Source: Candidatus Azotimanducaceae bacterium
GTDB lineage: Bacteria > Pseudomonadota > Gammaproteobacteria > Pseudomonadales > Azotimanducaceae
Assembly: GCA_965243095.1 (NCBI GenBank)
Contig: OZ251530.1
Span: forward strand, 1,480,415 to 1,544,414
DNA: 64,000 bases
Direction: 5' to 3'
In this document: positions 60,271-64,000 of the stretch, one piece after another
Numbering within the stretch: the stretch's first letter is position 1
Layout: each line of letters starts with the position of its first letter
Program-made: the position numbers and the translations under genes
Notes under the pieces: generated by a model
The model's input: the letters and a program-made list of their open reading frames with translations, nothing else
Database searches by the model: none
Told to the model about the DNA's origin: nothing

Positions 60271-63200
60271 TTACGGTCTTGCGGTGGCGGAGAGGTTGGA
60301 GAGGTGGCCGGCGGGGCTTTCCAGCAGGCTCATGACCGTGAGCGGGTTGTCGAACGCCACCGTCAAGCGCCACTTGCCGTCGCCGTCGCCCAGCGCGCCT
60401 TCCAAGCCTTCGCCGCCGTCTTCGAGTTGCGCGGCGGTGAGCGTCAGCGCTTCGCCTGCGGGCACGGTGGCGGTTAACGGTTCCGACGTCGCGCCGGCGT
60501 CGTCCACCCCGGTGATGGTCGCCATCGCCGGCTCGTCGCCGTTGTTCGCCAAGCGCAGGAGGCTGCGCTGCCCGTCGCTGGACGCCGGGTGGAACACGGC
60601 CACCCGCGCCGCGCCGTCGGCAACCGGGGCCGTCTCGTGCAGGCTGGTCACGAAGCCGTCGGCGTGGCGGGTGTAGGTTGCGGCGGCGAGTGTGAGGGTG
60701 CCGCTTTGCAGTTCCAGCCGCCACGCGCCCTTCGTCGGCGCGCCAACGCCGGACGCCAAGCCCTTCGCGGCGTTGCCGTTCTCCAAATCCTCCGAGTTGA
60801 AGTGCATCGTCGCCCGCGCCGCAAGCTGGAGCTGGATCGGGCCGGCGCGGACGCCGGCGTCGTCCACCGCCGAAATCTCTACCATGCCTTCCGCCGCGGT
60901 CATGTTCGCCACGCGGGCGAAGCCCTCGCGGCCGGCCGGGTTCATCGCCGACGGGAACATTGGCAGCCGCAGCGTCTCGTCCGCGGCCGCGCGCAGCGGC
61001 GGAGCCGACAGGTTCGAGAGATGCCCGCTCGGGCTTTCCAGCCACGAGGACGCCGACAGCGGCCAGGTTGCGTGTACGCGCAGGCGCCACTTGCCGGCGC
61101 CGTTGCCGAGACCCGCGCCGACGGCGCCCCGCGACCGCTCCAACTGCCCCGCCGTCAACGCCAGCGGGGCGTTCGCGGGCGCCTCAAAGCCGGGCGCGAA
61201 GCGCCCGCGGCCGGCGTCGTCCACGCCCCACACCGACATCCTCGTGGAAGCGGGGACCGGGTTGAAGACGCGCAGCGAACTGCGTTGGGCGCGGTTGCTC
61301 GCCGGGTTGAAGAGGAACGCCGAAAGCGAGTCGCCCGCGCGCGGCAACTCGCCGTGCGCCGGGGTCAGGAATCCGTCCGGTGTGCGGACGTAGGCCAGAA
61401 CCTCGATGTCCAGCGCCGACCACACATGCAGCCGCCAGCTGCCCGCCATCGGCGGGCCGACGCCGTCCGTCAGCCCCATCTCGGCGTTGCCGTTCTCCAA
61501 GTCCGCCGAGTCGAACTGCGCCGCCGCGCCGGCGGCCAGCGGAAGCGACACCGGGCCGACTGTTCGGCCGGCCTCGTCCACGGCCTCCATCAACACCGCG
61601 CCGTCCATGTCCGTGCGGTTCAAGACGCGCACGACGCCGCCGCGCCCGGATGCGTCCGCGGCCGAGGGGAACAGCGGCACGGCCCAGCCGAACACCACCG
61701 CCGCGCCGGCCTCGCGCAGCGCCGGAATGTGCGTGTCCAGCGCCGCCGCGCCCAGCGGATTCCCGCGCAGCCCCAACGCGCCGCCGTCCGCGAGCCCGCG
61801 GTGGCCGGCCAACCCCGACACGTCCGCCAGCCGATTCCAGCCGAGGCGCAGCCACGAGAGCCGCGTCAACCCGCGCAGCGGCGAGGCGTCGGCGACGCGG
61901 TTGCGCGACAGGTCCAGCCGCGTCAGCGCTCGCAGCCCCGCCAGCGCCGAGACGTCGGCCACCATGTTGCCGGGCAGCCACAGCCGCCGCAGCTTCGAGA
62001 GCCCCGCCAGCGCCGAGAGGTCCGCGATGCGGTTGTCCCCCAGATGCAGGTAGATCAGCGAGCCAAGCGCCGACAGCGTCGAGATGTCCGACAGGCCGTT
62101 GCCGTCCAGCCACAACTGTTCCAAGGACGACAGGCCCGACAGCGGCGACAGGTCGCGCACCGCCGTGCCGCTCAGCAGCAGCGTCCGCAGGCTGGTCAGC
62201 CCCGCCAGCGGCGAGAGGTCCAGCGGCTCGCCTCCGGCCGCCGGCGCGTTGCCGCCCAGGGACAGCGATTCCAGCGACACCGCCTCCTCCAGACCCGCCA
62301 GCGACGAGATCCCCGCGCCGTCCAGGTTCAGCGTCCGCAACGCCGGCATGTCCACTAGCCTCAGCGTTCCCGGCTGCTTGCCCAGCGCCCGCTCCACGGC
62401 GGCCGTCAGCGCCGGCTCCCCCAGCGAGAACGTGCCGCCAACCACCGGTATGGTCGTCCACGTCGTCAGGTCGATGCCGCCGGCGTGCGCGGCGGTCGGC
62501 ACCCGCACCGCGAAGGCGTAGCTGGCGGGCAGTTCGCCGCCGGCGTGGGCGAGCGTCAGCGTGGCCGTCGTGCCGCCGGAGGCGGCGCCGGCCACGTTGG
62601 CGATGGACAGGCCCGGAACCGGCGGCACCAGCGCGAAGCTGGCCGCGGTGACGCCGCTTGCGAAGGTGGTGTCCGTCAACGAGAGGGCGATCGTCGCGCC
62701 GTCCACGTTCCGCTCGGTGAGGGAAGAGGGATTCACGGCCGAGATGGCGATGGCGCTGCCGGCGACCTTGTGGTTCGGCGAGTTCTGGATACGCGGTAGG
62801 CTGCCGTAGTCTACCGGGTTCCCGGAGCCGCCGTTATCGGCGTTGGGGAAAATAGTTCCACCGTGCAACCTGCTGATGCTCAACCCGTCGGCGTCGGCGT
62901 CATCCTGCCCAACCGTATAAGTAAAGGGTATGTTCGAGCGGACCCAATTGCCGTTGGTCTGGCATCTCATTTGCCTGGTGGCCCCGCCAATTAGCAACTC
63001 CAACTGCACAATGCCGAGGCCGGACCAGCTCGTTTGACACGTGTTGTTGTCCCTGAGAGGTTCACTGAAGTGCAAGGTGGCCGTGATGGTCTCGCCCTGC
63101 ACGAAGGTGTCGCCCGTCGCCGGGTTGTTCAGCGTGATGCGGGTTATGGTGGGCGGGATCAATTGGGCCGCGGCTTGCCCCGCGCCGAGCGCGGTAAGCG

Positions 63201-63387
63201 CGGCCAAGAGCAAGGCGGCGAGGCGCGGAACCGCGCCATCGCGGCACCCGCGGATGGCGCCCGCAGCGCAGGTCAGCAGCGCGGCAAACGACCAGTGCCG
63301 ACGGCGGAACTCGATGCGATGGCGCAACCGATCAGACATGGGATCGGCCCCGCCGCCGTGGGGGGGGGGGGGGGTGGAATCGTCCAT
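60271..63387 (-). CDS. large secreted LRR protein, paralog 2; SD-proximal ATG in frame through the C15 tract (candidate phase-ON)
   Basis: GGAGGAG (63396-63402), 8 nt, then ATG 63387 encoding MDDSTPPPPHGGGADPMSDRL..., in frame with the whole 1038-aa body. It has the same architecture as paralog 1. The LRR and C-terminal modules are >90% identical by eye, while the N-terminal Ig-like region is divergent. Confidence 0.85.
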   Translation of the reverse strand: MDDSTPPPPHGGGADPMSDRLRHRIEFRRRHWSFAALLTCAAGAIRGCRDGAVPRLAALLLAALTALGAGQAAAQLIPPTITRITLNNPATGDTFVQGETITATLHFSEPLRDNNTCQTSWSGLGIVQLELLIGGATRQMRCQTNGNWVRSNIPFTYTVGQDDADADGLSISRLHGGTIFPNADNGGSGNPVDYGSLPRIQNSPNHKVAGSAIAISAVNPSSLTERNVDGATIALSLTDTTFASGVTAASFALVPPVPGLSIANVAGAASGGTTATLTLAHAGGELPASYAFAVRVPTAAHAGGIDLTTWTTIPVVGGTFSLGEPALTAAVERALGKQPGTLRLVDMPALRTLNLDGAGISSLAGLEEAVSLESLSLGGNAPAAGGEPLDLSPLAGLTSLRTLLLSGTAVRDLSPLSGLSSLEQLWLDGNGLSDISTLSALGSLIYLHLGDNRIADLSALAGLSKLRRLWLPGNMVADVSALAGLRALTRLDLSRNRVADASPLRGLTRLSWLRLGWNRLADVSGLAGHRGLADGGALGLRGNPLGAAALDTHIPALREAGAAVVFGWAVPLFPSAADASGRGGVVRVLNRTDMDGAVLMEAVDEAGRTVGPVSLPLAAGAAAQFDSADLENGNAEMGLTDGVGPPMAGSWRLHVWSALDIEVLAYVRTPDGFLTPAHGELPRAGDSLSAFLFNPASNRAQRSSLRVFNPVPASTRMSVWGVDDAGRGRFAPGFEAPANAPLALTAGQLERSRGAVGAGLGNGAGKWRLRVHATWPLSASSWLESPSGHLSNLSAPPLRAAADETLRLPMFPSAMNPAGREGFARVANMTAAEGMVEISAVDDAGVRAGPIQLQLAARATMHFNSEDLENGNAAKGLASGVGAPTKGAWRLELQSGTLTLAAATYTRHADGFVTSLHETAPVADGAARVAVFHPASSDGQRSLLRLANNGDEPAMATITGVDDAGATSEPLTATVPAGEALTLTAAQLEDGGEGLEGALGDGDGKWRLTVAFDNPLTVMSLLESPAGHLSNLSATARP
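63360..63374 (-). repeat. homopolymeric tract, 15 G on + strand (C15 in the coding sense of paralog 2)
   Basis: Counted directly: g at 63360, 10 g (63361-63370), then 4 g (63371-63374). Consistent with STPPPPH in the ORF translation. Confidence 0.95.
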
Positions 63388-63484
63388 TACGCTTTCTCCT
63401 CCATCATGCCCAGCAACGCGCCCAGCGCGTGGCTGAGCGCAAGCCCTACCCGCCATATTACCCTTTTTTCGGGTCAACCGCACG

Positions 63485-64000
63485 CTAGCGCAGCACCAGG
63501 CGGGCGTTGCGTGGCTGTACCGGGCGGTTGTTCGGGCCGCGCAGCGCATCCGCAAAGGCCGCCATCTGCTCGCTTGATGCCGATGTCGGCGCCTTCATCA
63601 CCAGCCAGATCACGCCTTCCGTGCAGGGCGGCGTGGTGAGGGAGCCGTTGAAGCGGTAGTAGTCGCGGGCTTCGGGCAGCAGGGCCGCCGGATCGATGGG
63701 CGCGGCGAAGACGTGCTCTGCGCCGGTGCCCGGCATGTGCCGCCACGACTGCGCCAAAGCGGCGTTGTGTTCGCCGGCCGCGAACATCACCGCGATCACG
63801 GCCAGACCGCCGTCGGGGCCGACGTGGACGAAGTGGACTTCCATCGGGAACTCGACGCCTTCGATGCGGTTCTCGCTCGGCGCGTGGAAGTGGAATTGCA
63901 GCAGGCGATAGACGCGCCCGTCGAGGGTGATCTCGCTGCCGTCGCCGCTTTCGACCTGAACCGTGTGGCCGTTGTTGACGATCGCCGTGCCGCTCCGGGC
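63485..64000 (-). CDS. alpha-class carbonic anhydrase (partial; 5' end beyond window)
   Basis: Manual translation to the window edge gives ..NNGHTVQVESG..YRLLQFHFHAPSENRIEGVEFPMEVHFVH..YYRFNGSLTTPPCTEGVIWLV..NNRPVQPRNARLV, the canonical alpha-CA zinc-ligand and active-site motifs. Confidence 0.85.
   Translation of the reverse strand, partial: ARSGTAIVNNGHTVQVESGDGSEITLDGRVYRLLQFHFHAPSENRIEGVEFPMEVHFVHVGPDGGLAVIAVMFAAGEHNAALAQSWRHMPGTGAEHVFAAPIDPAALLPEARDYYRFNGSLTTPPCTEGVIWLVMKAPTSASSEQMAAFADALRGPNNRPVQPRNARLVLR

Overview
GC-rich proteobacterial chromosomal segment, gammaproteobacterium-like in gene content and order. All calls come from reading the ORF translations and the DNA by eye; no searches were run.

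Housekeeping genes:
- ppdK
- infC-rpmI-rplT-pheS-pheT-ihfA
- an sqdB/sqdD/sqdC-like sulfolipid cluster
- trpG-trpD-trpC
- serC-gyrA
- hslR-yrfG, with cysQ divergent

Accessory content:
1. A hicB antitoxin at the left edge.
2. A fused double CoA-transferase, a porin and a PhyH dioxygenase.
3. An hvfA-hvfB-hvfC type RiPP metallophore cluster (DUF692 multinuclear non-heme iron enzyme plus DUF2063 partner).
4. A tightly coupled four-gene membrane cassette at 11.25-15.5 kb. Its last two genes look like a MotA/ExbB-type channel with a long coiled-coil tail plus a TolR/ExbD/MotB-type anchor, which is a ZorAB-like layout. No known Zorya effectors, TonB, Tol-Pal or flagellar genes are nearby. A Sel1-repeat protein and an 1153-aa multi-pass membrane protein precede it. 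This is my best candidate for an undescribed system.
5. A roughly 7-kb island at 22.1-29.2 kb that looks less GC-rich by eye. It holds a Septu-like PtuA/PtuB pair convergent with a three-gene operon (unknown, unknown helical protein, PD-(D/E)xK nuclease). That operon is decayed: gene 1 appears frameshifted and gene 2 is split by an IS1380-family element with a 4-bp TCTA target duplication.
6. A CusCBA-type RND efflux operon, followed by a small Cys-containing secreted protein and an outer-membrane barrel.
7. Two tandem paralogous LRR surface proteins of about 1030-1040 aa. Each has a 15-nt homopolymeric C tract at codons 5-9 after a strong SD-ATG. One copy is in frame and the other is out of frame, the classic contingency-locus arrangement.

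A partial alpha-carbonic anhydrase runs off the right edge. No tRNA or rRNA genes and no bona fide CRISPR array were seen. Many long antisense or off-frame ORFs in the track are GC-content artefacts.
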